Shown here piece by piece: positions 45,396 through 53,478 of a DNA stretch of 55,655 bases; position 1 is the stretch's first letter; the number at the start of each line of letters is the position of its first letter. This stretch comes from a virus (Duplodnaviria > Caudoviricetes). The stretch covers positions 1-55,655 of the IMG/VR virus record IMGVR_UViG_3300014311_000014; one strand, written 5' to 3'. Under the pieces are notes generated by a model, which did not search any database, had not been told where the DNA came from, and was given only the letters and a program-made list of their open reading frames with translations. The position numbers and the translations under genes are program-made.

Positions 45396-46849
45396 CGCTT
45401 CCTCTGGGCCTTGGTTCCTACTGTGTGTCCGTGATGCTGCCCGGTGACGACTTCACCGCTGTCACCGATGTGCGGATAGAAGGCGTAGATGATAGCGTCC
45501 GCGCGGTCTGGCGACTCGCTGACCTCCATGCGCTTCCGCCACTCGTCCTTGGTCTCGACCTTCAACTTGCCCTTGCGGTCGGTGTAGTATTGGCGCGTGG
45601 AGAGCTGCTTGAGTAGGCGGGCGTCGTTCGGGATGCGGACGATGTGCTCGCGCACGAGGTTGCGGAACATCCACCACGCCTCGCTGTAGAGGTCCGCGAA
45701 CATGCTCGGGTCGTAGGGGCGCGCCTGCGTGTGGAACTCCAGCACGTTCTTGCCGCCCTCGTGGAACGAGTGCATGACGCCCTGGCCGAGGCCGCCCGCG
45801 TCGGGGATGTACCAGCAGTCCTTGTCGCTCCAGTTCGCGTCGCGCTGGAGAGCGAAGGCGTAGTCGGTCACGCTGATGGGCTCGGTCTTCACGAAGACCT
45901 TGAAGTCCACAACGGCGAGCCCCGCGCGCCGGGCGACGACGCTTTCGTCGCCGCCGAAGCGCGCGTAGTCGATCCCGAACGCCTTGTTCACCCGCATCAT
46001 GTCGGTGATGCTGGCGCAGCCGAGTAGGTTGGTCTTGGTGCAGATCGTCAGGTCGCGCAGGCCGAGGACGTTGTTGGGGTCCTCGTGCGGGAACTCGCCT
46101 AGCACTCGGATGCGGTACACGTCGCTGTCGCGCCCGTACTCCCATTCGAGCTGCCTGTTGCGGCCTAGGGAGACGATGTGCGGGTAGTCGCGCGCGGTGT
46201 CCTCAGCGTTGAAGACGAGGCGGTGCCACTGGTCGGCTTGCGACGTGAAAAACTCGTAGAACGCGCACGACGTGGTGTTCGGGTTGCCGATCGCGAGGAA
46301 CAGCGCGTCCGGGTTGGACAGCGTGCCCTTGATCGTCTCAATGATACCGGGCGCGACGCCCGAGGCTTCGTCCGCGATGAAGGTCAGGCGCTTCTCGTGG
46401 ATGCCCTGGAGGTTCTCGGGGCGCGTCGCGGTAGCGGTTCGGATGCCCCACATCTTAGAGCCGTTGATCTCGACCTTGGTGCCGTAGGTCTTGACCATCT
46501 TCTGCAACACCGGGTGCGCGTCCTTGAGCAGGCGCGCGCACTCGTCGATCCACTGTTTACACTGGCGCATCGACGGCGAGGTGACGATGCACAGCGCGTC
46601 AGGGTAGCGCAGGCAGCGCCAGAGCGCGACGATGACCGAGATCGCGGTCTTGCCGGGGCCTTGGCCCGAGCGCACGGCGATGCGCTTGAGACGCTTCTCC
46701 ACCGGCAGCCAGGATTCGAGCTGAACGATATCCAGCAGCTCCTCCTGCTGCCAAGTGTACTCGAAGTTCATCGCCTCACGCGCGAAGACGCGGATGTCAT
46801 CGCGCCAGCGCTCATACAGAGGCTCGAACTGTCGTGCGAAGCGTCCCAA
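45392..46849 (-). CDS. terL: Terminase large subunit
   Basis: Walker A SGQGPGKT, Walker B FIADEA, IGNP; nuclease motifs GIDYARFGGDES and SPDRADA. Confidence 0.95.
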   Translation of the reverse strand: MGRFARQFEPLYERWRDDIRVFAREAMNFEYTWQQEELLDIVQLESWLPVEKRLKRIAVRSGQGPGKTAISVIVALWRCLRYPDALCIVTSPSMRQCKQWIDECARLLKDAHPVLQKMVKTYGTKVEINGSKMWGIRTATATRPENLQGIHEKRLTFIADEASGVAPGIIETIKGTLSNPDALFLAIGNPNTTSCAFYEFFTSQADQWHRLVFNAEDTARDYPHIVSLGRNRQLEWEYGRDSDVYRIRVLGEFPHEDPNNVLGLRDLTICTKTNLLGCASITDMMRVNKAFGIDYARFGGDESVVARRAGLAVVDFKVFVKTEPISVTDYAFALQRDANWSDKDCWYIPDAGGLGQGVMHSFHEGGKNVLEFHTQARPYDPSMFADLYSEAWWMFRNLVREHIVRIPNDARLLKQLSTRQYYTDRKGKLKVETKDEWRKRMEVSESPDRADAIIYAFYPHIGDSGEVVTGQHHGHTVGTKAQRKR

Positions 46850-46853
46850 CGGG

Positions 46854-47399
46854 CTACCACATCACGATCTGGCGGCAGTTCTCTCCCATCTGCACCGCGC
46901 TGAGCGCCTGCATCGTCTCGATGAAGTGCGGCTCGGAGCTGCGAGCGCCAAGAACGACGGTCAGCAGGCTCGGATCGTGGATTCCTGCCGCCCACGCGGG
47001 CTGGTTCGACATGAATCGCAGCTCGTAGCCCGCCGCGTCGCCGATCTTGAGCACCTTGTTGCTCGTCCAGCGGCACACGGAGGCCAGCGCGGGGTCGATC
47101 TGCGTCGTCACGGTGTGCAGGAAGCCCATGAAGCGGCTCTCCAGGTCGCGATTCGCCGCGATCACGAGCACGCGCGAGCCCTCGATGCGCAGCAGACGCC
47201 ACAATGCGCACAGCGCGAGCGCTTCGGTGGTCCGCTGCGACGGGATCTCGACCACTTCGAGGGGATTCTCGCCCTCGTAGAAGCGGTGCATCAGTTCGAG
47301 CTGGTAGGGGGAGGGCCGAAGGCCGAGTCGTTCGCTCAGATCCTCGGGGCTACGCAGGCTCGCCATCATCATCTCCTCGATCAGGCTGTTGGTCAACAT
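46854..47399 (-). CDS. Degenerate paralog of the terminase ATPase domain
   Basis: Colinear similarity to the TerL N-terminus (ALWRLLR/ALWRCLR, AGIHD/QGIHE, FIETM/IIETI) with Walker A and B lost; GAGG RBS before ATG at 47399. Confidence 0.7.
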   Translation of the reverse strand: MLTNSLIEEMMMASLRSPEDLSERLGLRPSPYQLELMHRFYEGENPLEVVEIPSQRTTEALALCALWRLLRIEGSRVLVIAANRDLESRFMGFLHTVTTQIDPALASVCRWTSNKVLKIGDAAGYELRFMSNQPAWAAGIHDPSLLTVVLGARSSEPHFIETMQALSAVQMGENCRQIVMW

Positions 47400-47688
47400 C
47401 TTGTACCTCAGCGCCGCGAACGGGGAGTCCCAGCTTACGCCGGAAGTGCGTGTTCTCGGCCTCGATGTGCGCCATCTCGACGCGAAGGTTGCCCATGCGC
47501 ACTTGCATGTGCGCCACAGTCTTCTCCAGTTCACGGATTCGGTCCAGCAGCAGCTCCCGGAAGTCCTTCTTCGCGAGTCGGCGGCTCTCCAACCACGCGC
47601 GGAACCAATGGAGTCCGCCCGCGCCGAGCACGGTGGCGATCAGGAACTTGGCCCATTCGGGGAGGTAGTCTTCCGGGAGATGCTGCAT
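47350..47688 (-). CDS. Single-TM coiled-coil protein (holin/spanin-like candidate)
   Basis: FLIATVLGAGGLHWF followed by a heptad-rich region. Confidence 0.6.
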   Translation of the reverse strand: MQHLPEDYLPEWAKFLIATVLGAGGLHWFRAWLESRRLAKKDFRELLLDRIRELEKTVAHMQVRMGNLRVEMAHIEAENTHFRRKLGLPVRGAEVQDVDQQPDRGDDDGEPA

Positions 47689-47692
47689 GGCG

Positions 47693-48100
47693 CTACTGCT
47701 GGTGGATGGAAACGGCGTCGAACAGGGAGCGGAGGCGCTTGGTGTCCTCCAGGTACACGTCCGCTTCAAGCGGATCCAGACCGCCTCGCATCAGGTCGGC
47801 CTTGACGAGCTGGTCGTGCAGCTCCATCAGCGCGCCCATCGTGACGAGCAGCATGTCGCCGGACGCCGAGGGCATCGACAGCATGGTGCGGGCCGCCTGC
47901 GCAGCGGCCTCGATCTGCCCGCGCACTTCGGCAGAGATTTCCAGGGGCGGGTCCTCGCTCGTGATGTAGGCCTCGACGCGATCGAGCACGCGCTCGACGG
48001 TGTGGGCGACGGGGCCGTCCGCCTCGACGGGCACGAGCCCGGGGCCAGGAGAGGCGCACGCGGCGAGCGCGAGCAAGGGAGCAGCGAGTAGAGTCTTCAT
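47693..48100 (-). CDS. Lipoprotein
   Basis: MKTLLAAPLLALAAC lipobox. Confidence 0.75.
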   Translation of the reverse strand: MKTLLAAPLLALAACASPGPGLVPVEADGPVAHTVERVLDRVEAYITSEDPPLEISAEVRGQIEAAAQAARTMLSMPSASGDMLLVTMGALMELHDQLVKADLMRGGLDPLEADVYLEDTKRLRSLFDAVSIHQQ

Positions 48101-48106
48101 GTCGGT

Positions 48107-48685
48107 TCAGTCCTTCTCACTCCAGATGGAGTCGATGAGCCCCCATTCGAGGGCCTGTTGCGCGGTGAAGTAGTAGTCGCCCGAAGCCCGCGAGAACTTC
48201 GACCAGTGACGATACGGACGGTTGGTGTACTTCGCGAGCAGCCGGTCCATACGCTCGCAACGGCGGCGCACGGCCTCGACGGTCCCTGCGACGTTGGACA
48301 TGGTGCCCGCGATCTCCATGGAGGCCGTGTGCAGCATGAACTCGCAGTTCTCGCTCGCGAAGCGATGCCCCTTCTGGCCGCAGGCGACCAAGAAGGGAGC
48401 CGCGCTCATGCACATGCCGAGCGCGATGGTGTGGACGGGGACCGCGATCGTGCGCGTCACGTCGTGCAACGCGAACGCCTCGTCGATGTCACCCCCGTAG
48501 CTGGCGACGAATAGCTCAATGGGCGCATCCGACTGGTCGGCCATGAGATACATCCCCCGGATGACGCGCGCGATCGAGTCGCTGTCCACGTCGCCGTGCA
48601 GGAAGATGCGACGACCGGAGACATCCACGCCGTGCTCCAGCGCGGCGCTCATCTCGGTCGTCATCTTGAGCTGTCGGTTCGCCAT
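48107..48685 (-). CDS. clpP: ClpP-family serine protease
   Basis: RRIFLHGDV, SYGGD, GMCMSAA (Ser), FMLH (His) and DYYFTAQQALEWGLID. Confidence 0.92.
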   Translation of the reverse strand: MANRQLKMTTEMSAALEHGVDVSGRRIFLHGDVDSDSIARVIRGMYLMADQSDAPIELFVASYGGDIDEAFALHDVTRTIAVPVHTIALGMCMSAAPFLVACGQKGHRFASENCEFMLHTASMEIAGTMSNVAGTVEAVRRRCERMDRLLAKYTNRPYRHWSKFSRASGDYYFTAQQALEWGLIDSIWSEKD

Positions 48686-48686
48686 G

Positions 48687-48776
48687 CTAGGACCCCTTCA
48701 CGTCATTCGCCACGAGCAGCGCGCAGATGATAAAGCATGCTGCCGCTCCAACGAACATGCCGAGTAGGAACGACAT
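48687..48776 (-). CDS. Small single-TM protein (29 aa)
   Basis: MSFLLGMFVGAAACFIICALLVANDVKGS; TGATG coupling. Confidence 0.55.
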   Translation of the reverse strand: MSFLLGMFVGAAACFIICALLVANDVKGS

Positions 48777-49015
48777 CACTGGCCCTCGGGGAGTTCGGGA
48801 GCGGGCGCTTCGACCGGCTCGACTCCTTCGGGAGCGGGCGCTTCGACCGGCTCGACTCCTTCGGGGGCGGGCGCTTCGACCGGGGCGTCGGTCACGGACT
48901 CGACGAGCGCGTCGAGCACTTCATTGATGAGGCCCTGGTCGAGGCCCGTGGCCTTGACGAGGTAGAGGCTCGCGACGGCCGCGAGCGCGAGGAGTAGTCT
49001 CTTGTAGCGTTTCAT
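48776..49015 (-). CDS. Small membrane protein with 11-aa PVEAPAPEGVE repeats
   Basis: AAGGAG RBS; N-terminal TM; 33-bp DNA repeats. Confidence 0.75.
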   Translation of the reverse strand: MKRYKRLLLALAAVASLYLVKATGLDQGLINEVLDALVESVTDAPVEAPAPEGVEPVEAPAPEGVEPVEAPAPELPEGQ

Positions 49016-49030
49016 GGTAGTCTCCTTGAG

Positions 49031-49249
49031 TTAGCCGATGAAGAGCCGGACGCCGGGTACCGTGTTGTCCCACTGGACAGCGGTGATGAGGTTGGTGCTG
49101 GTGCTTCCGATGTCCAGGCCAGTGACGCGCAGCGCTTCGAGCACGGCTGCCTCGGCCAGGATCACGGTCTGCGCGGTGACGAGCCCGAGGGCGAACACTC
49201 CATCCGGGTCGAGAATGGTCGGGTAGTCGGTGATGAGGTATACATTCAT
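49031..49249 (-). CDS. Small hypothetical protein (paralog 1)
   Basis: MNVYLITDYP...GLVTA...TGLD...RLFIG. Confidence 0.6.
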   Translation of the reverse strand: MNVYLITDYPTILDPDGVFALGLVTAQTVILAEAAVLEALRVTGLDIGSTSTNLITAVQWDNTVPGVRLFIG

Positions 49250-49330
49250 GTGAGGCTTAGGTTTGGGCGCGATATTGAGCGCTCGCGCGATCTTCGTTGC
49301 AGTAACGGTGAAGCCTCCAAGTTGCACGTC

Positions 49331-49561
49331 TCACCCGAAGTAGAGCTTGGTCTTGCCGAAGAGAGTCGTTCGCGAGAACCATTCGGACAAGCCGACCTCG
49401 CGCGGTGAGTGTTGAGTCGGGTCGAGCCCGAGCGTCACCAGATGATCGAACACCATCTGCTGCGCGGTCGCTTCATCCGCAGCCGTGACGACACCGAACT
49501 GGTAGGTGCCTCCCTGTTTGGGCGGGATGGGAAACGAGACGACGAGCCAGGTGGTGAGCAT
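49331..49561 (-). CDS. Small hypothetical protein (paralog 2)
   Basis: MLTTWLVVSFP...GVVTA...LGLD...KLYFG; GGAG RBS. Confidence 0.6.
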   Translation of the reverse strand: MLTTWLVVSFPIPPKQGGTYQFGVVTAADEATAQQMVFDHLVTLGLDPTQHSPREVGLSEWFSRTTLFGKTKLYFG

Positions 49562-49563
49562 GG

Positions 49564-50424
49564 TCAGACTCCGGTGTTGCCCAGCTTGATGAACCAAGCG
49601 ATGCAGTTCTGCTCGATGAGAAACAGGCTGTCCCCGCCCCCGAGCTTCTGCGCCCGCAGACGTACCTTTGCTCCGGCGGGAACGACCCACGGGAAGATCA
49701 TCGTGTGCGTCTGGTTGTCGGAGAACTCCGAGTCCTCCGAGATGTAGTGCGGAACGCCGAGCGGCGAGTAGCCGGAGCCCGTGTCGATCTCGAAGTACGC
49801 GACCGTGCGCACGCGCGACTCTGTGGTCGTGCTGGATGCCGTGTCGATGTTGACGGTGAACGCCATCAGGTAGCTCCCGCCGGTGACGAACGTGTATTCG
49901 TCGTTCACCGTGTCGATGGTGATGCCGCCGCCGGTGCTGTTGATGATGTTGTTGTTGGCCCCGACCGTGACCGTTCCCGTGAGCGTGGGAAATCCCACAC
50001 CTGCCAGTTGTAGCAAGACGTTGGGCGAGAGGAACGAGACCCACTGAGTGTTGAAGTCGGTGCCGTCGATCTTCGCGAGGTACTGGTTTGCCGTGCCTCC
50101 GGCGGGCACGCCCGGGCCGGTGGCGCCGGTCGCTCCCGCCGGGCCGGGATCTCCTTGCGGACCCTGCGCGCCGTCAGCGCCCTGCTTGCCGGGAGGGCCG
50201 CCCAGGCCGGGCAGTCCCTCGGGACCCCGGAACCGCTCGCGGAACTGCGGGTCATCGAGGAACTTGCCGATGGCCTCCTGGAGCGTCGGCTCGGGCTCGG
50301 CCTTGTACAGCTCGTCGTAGTGCTCTGCCTCGGCCTTCGCGTCTTCCCACGCCCGCAGCTCCCGCTCGTACGCGAGCAGGTCCGCTTCGTTGCGCGGGTC
50401 GCCTTTGAACTGCGGGCGTTCCAT
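49564..50424 (-). CDS. Collagen-like fibre protein with C1q/BclA-like C-terminal domain
   Basis: About 13 Gly-X-Y triplets, GVPAGGTANQYLAK linker, beta-rich C-terminus. Confidence 0.8.
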   Translation of the reverse strand: MERPQFKGDPRNEADLLAYERELRAWEDAKAEAEHYDELYKAEPEPTLQEAIGKFLDDPQFRERFRGPEGLPGLGGPPGKQGADGAQGPQGDPGPAGATGATGPGVPAGGTANQYLAKIDGTDFNTQWVSFLSPNVLLQLAGVGFPTLTGTVTVGANNNIINSTGGGITIDTVNDEYTFVTGGSYLMAFTVNIDTASSTTTESRVRTVAYFEIDTGSGYSPLGVPHYISEDSEFSDNQTHTMIFPWVVPAGAKVRLRAQKLGGGDSLFLIEQNCIAWFIKLGNTGV

Positions 50425-50428
50425 GGGA

Positions 50429-50743
50429 CTACAGCCGCTTCGACGCGAGCGCGCCGATCGCGCCGTTGACGAGCGCGTTGATGCCGACGTTCAGGATGGT
50501 GCCGAGCACGCCCTCGCCCTGGCCTTCGAGGCGCAGGCGCTTCTCCAGCACGATGAGTTCGAGCTGGTCGCGGCACATCGCCACGAGGTCCGGGCGGTTC
50601 TTGCGCGCGGCCATGGTGAGGCGCAACGAGATGTCGCGGATCGGGCCGTCGAGTTCTTCGATCGTGCCGTCGATGAGCTGGTTCAGGATGTCCTTCACAC
50701 CCTGCTCCATCGCATCGACGAGGGGCTGGTACTGGTTAGCCAT
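50429..50743 (-). CDS. Hypothetical protein
   Basis: GGAG RBS; overlaps the upstream gene. Confidence 0.7.
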   Translation of the reverse strand: MANQYQPLVDAMEQGVKDILNQLIDGTIEELDGPIRDISLRLTMAARKNRPDLVAMCRDQLELIVLEKRLRLEGQGEGVLGTILNVGINALVNGAIGALASKRL

Positions 50744-51848
50744 GCCGGTTCTCCCTGTCGTATTCGGCGAGCGCTTCCGCGTCGTCGGGGTCGTCGTTGT
50801 CGGTCGGTTCGATCACAACAGCCTCGACCTCCTCGGCTCGCTGCCCGTCCAAGAGCTTGAGCGTCGTCGGGTCGAGGCGTTCCATGTCCTGCCGCTGCGA
50901 GACCTGCTTCACGACCTGCCAGAACTCGGCGGCCATGTTCTCGGGCTCGGTGCGCGTGAGGCCTTGGATCATCGCGAGCTGCTTCGAGGCTTTCAGCTCG
51001 CCGTCCATGTCCATCGTCTCCTTGCAGCGCGCGAGGTAGTTCTCCAGGCGCATCTCCATGAGCGCGCGCTTCTCCTCGATCGAGGCCGCGCTGCGCTCCA
51101 GCGCTTGCGTCTTGACGACGCGCACGAGCGCGGTGGCCTCCTTGTGGGAGAAGCCGAAGGTCTCGCGGTAGTGCTTGATCGTCGCGCGCTCGCCGTGGTC
51201 GAGCAGGATGTCCAGCGCTTCGATGAGCACCATCTCCTCGAAGGCCAGGACCTCGCCCGAGCGCACGTCGCAGCGCGCACACTGGTGCGGGTCGAGCAAG
51301 CCCTGGAGACCCAGCAGTCCCTCGCGGGACCGCTCGATCCCCAGGTCAGCCGCTACGATCGCCGCTGCGGAACACCACCTCTCCAGGGCGGCCTCCGCTT
51401 CGGCCTGGGCGCGCCTGCCGAGCACGGTGTCCGGGTAACCAAACAAAGGGCGGGGGGGTAGCAGCGGCAGGCCCTTGCCCTCCGAGTGTAGGCGCAGCAG
51501 GCGGGACTGCCGGGCGCGCCGCAGCGGGCTCGACGCCGCGATGGCCTGGATTGGCAAGAATGGCTTCGTCCACGGGCTCGGGTCCACGTCCGTCGCCGCG
51601 TCGAGCGTCTCGTCCTCGGCGCAGAGCCCCTTGGTGATGGCGGTCGTGCGCGCGATGCGCCACATGACCATGATCCGGTGCGGCTTCGTCTCGGGGTCGA
51701 AGTCGTCGGCACGAGCCTGGGCACCCTCGGCGAACAGCTCGCGCAGGGCTTGGCGGCGCTCGACTCCTTGGAGGCGGCGCAGGGCCGCGCCCCGCAGGAA
51801 CGCTTCGAGCGCGGGGGCGTCGGCCTCCGGTTGGTGCGGGGCGGACAT
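50736..51848 (-). CDS. Hypothetical protein, terminase small subunit candidate
   Basis: First gene of the packaging operon; helical C-half (ELKASKQLAMIQGL) and acidic tail; assignment is inference. Confidence 0.5.
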   Translation of the reverse strand: MSAPHQPEADAPALEAFLRGAALRRLQGVERRQALRELFAEGAQARADDFDPETKPHRIMVMWRIARTTAITKGLCAEDETLDAATDVDPSPWTKPFLPIQAIAASSPLRRARQSRLLRLHSEGKGLPLLPPRPLFGYPDTVLGRRAQAEAEAALERWCSAAAIVAADLGIERSREGLLGLQGLLDPHQCARCDVRSGEVLAFEEMVLIEALDILLDHGERATIKHYRETFGFSHKEATALVRVVKTQALERSAASIEEKRALMEMRLENYLARCKETMDMDGELKASKQLAMIQGLTRTEPENMAAEFWQVVKQVSQRQDMERLDPTTLKLLDGQRAEEVEAVVIEPTDNDDPDDAEALAEYDRENRHG

Positions 51849-51864
51849 GGACGGGCTGGTGCTG

Positions 51865-51901
51865 ACTATAGCACCCTAGCACACTCCGTGCCAGGTGTCA
51901 A
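51865..51901 (-). promoter_or_regulatory. Late promoter(s) of the packaging operon
   Basis: Minus strand TTGACA-N13-GTGC-TAGGGT overlapping a second GTGC-TATAGT. Confidence 0.7.
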
Positions 51902-51904
51902 GCG

Positions 51905-52870
51905 GAAATCCCGGATTTCTTCGCAGGCCCGTGGATATTGCCCCGATATCCAGCCCTCGGTTTGTGTGCCAAACAAGTCGGTCTTCCACGCCCCAGGATT
52001 TTTTGTTGGCCCGGATTTTAGCCCTCATCAAACCCGAACTTTCGCACCCCCGGATTTTTGGCCCCGCGCGGTGTAAGTCGGGGGAGGGGACGCTGCGTGC
52101 GATCCCGCACGTGGAGGCGCAGCGGCACGCAAGCGCCGTGCCAAGCGCTCGGCCCGCCCCCCCAGCCCCCGCTCGCACATGGGGGCGCGCATGGGGGCGC
52201 ATGCGGTGTGGTGCCCTGCCCCTAGCACGGGGGCAGGGCGCATGGGGGCGGGCTCCTGCCCCCGATGCCCCTACCATGGGTGTGGTGTCGCCATGCCCCC
52301 ATCCTAGCACGGGGGGCGTGCCTCGGAAAGCGATTCGGGTTAGGGTGCCGTTAGGGTACAGTTAGGGTCGGTGTTAGGGTTTGTTCGGTACGAATAGAAT
52401 GTCACGAAAATAGGGCGGCGATTCGTGGGCGCGGAATGAGCATAACACCATGCGCCGCAAGGGTTTAGCTCCCGTGCGCCCCTAGCATGCGCCCCCATCG
52501 CCCCCACGCTCGGGGCGCCCGCCCCCATATGGGGGCGCTAGAATCGGCCCTCTAGAGGGCAGGAACGCCGATTCTAGCCTAGCGCCCCCATCGCCCCCAT
52601 CCTAGTATCATCTATATGTGTGTGGTGTGTGTGTCCACACGCACCACACGCACCACGCGCCCCGCACACACACACGCGCCCCGTTATACATGTAGGGGCG
52701 GGGGCGATGGGGGCGCAGGGGGTCAAGCGCCCCAAAATCGGCCCGCACGGGGGCAGGAGCGGCGATTTTGCCCGCCCCCATATGGGGGCGCTAGGGGGCG
52801 AACCGTGGGGGCGGATGGGGGCGGGGGATTTTCGTAGCGCTAAAGTAGGCTCCAGCAGGGGTTTAGGGGC
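51905..52870. repeat. Repeat-rich non-coding region (origin and/or packaging site candidate)
   Basis: CC(C/A)GGATTT x4, GTTAGGGT x4, many ATGGGGGCG in both orientations, and a 25-bp direct repeat containing an 18-bp palindrome. Confidence 0.7.
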
Positions 52871-52887
52871 ATTCTATTCGATTCCGC

Positions 52888-52915
52888 TTGCCCGGCGCCG
52901 TGGGGGCGCTATACT
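52888..52915 (+). promoter_or_regulatory. Sigma70-type early promoter
   Basis: ATTCCGC-TTGCCC-N16-TATACT. Confidence 0.7.
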
Positions 52916-52964
52916 GGTGCGGATTCGAGATCACACCACCACCATGAACACGAGAGAGAACACC

Positions 52965-53141
52965 ATGCACCACACAAACACCACCATGCGCCCGACCCTG
53001 CTCCGCGCCACCGCGGAAGCGCTCGCCGATGTCGCGCACGTGCTCCTGCCGCTCGCGCTCCGCGCGCTCGCGCTCGCCGCGCTCGTGGCGCTTTTCGTCG
53101 GCCCGCTTTGGATCCTCGCCCGCTCGCTGGGGGTGCTCTAA
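52965..53141 (+). CDS. Small membrane protein
   Basis: Long hydrophobic C-terminus; TAATG coupling; alternative ATG at 52944. Confidence 0.55.
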   Translation: MHHTNTTMRPTLLRATAEALADVAHVLLPLALRALALAALVALFVGPLWILARSLGVL

Positions 53142-53434
53142 TGACTCTTTGGGATTACATCGAAAAGCGTAGGGTAGAAGTCGGATCCGAGCGTTGGGTC
53201 GCTTATTGGTGGACCTTGCGGGACGGATTCGGCCCTGACAGCGACTTTGACCCTATCGAAGACGTGGACGATCACTGCCGCATCTTTCCTACCCGTGCCT
53301 TGGCGCGAGCGTTCGCCAAGAAGATCGAAGACTACTGGTCCTGTCCTATGATCCGACAAGAAGTTTTCATGCGTGCTTTCGACGGGTGCGGAGAATGGGA
53401 GACCGTGGAGCGCACCATAGAAGAAGTGTGCTAG
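53141..53434 (+). CDS. Hypothetical protein (atypical, more AT-rich codon usage)
   Basis: MTLWDYIEKRR...; coupled to the upstream stop. Confidence 0.65.
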   Translation: MTLWDYIEKRRVEVGSERWVAYWWTLRDGFGPDSDFDPIEDVDDHCRIFPTRALARAFAKKIEDYWSCPMIRQEVFMRAFDGCGEWETVERTIEEVC

Positions 53435-53478
53435 TCTCGAACACGAACACCACCACCACGAACCGAAAGCCTAGCACC

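Noticed and set aside
51878-51893. Sigma54 promoter TGGCACG-N4-GTGCT on the minus strand
   Set aside because: Spacing fits -24/-12, but it is a single instance embedded in a better-supported sigma70-type promoter class; not called separately.
52340-52379. Eukaryotic telomere sequence or contamination
   Set aside because: The TTAGGG copies are separated by 5-6 variable bases and embedded in phage sequence.
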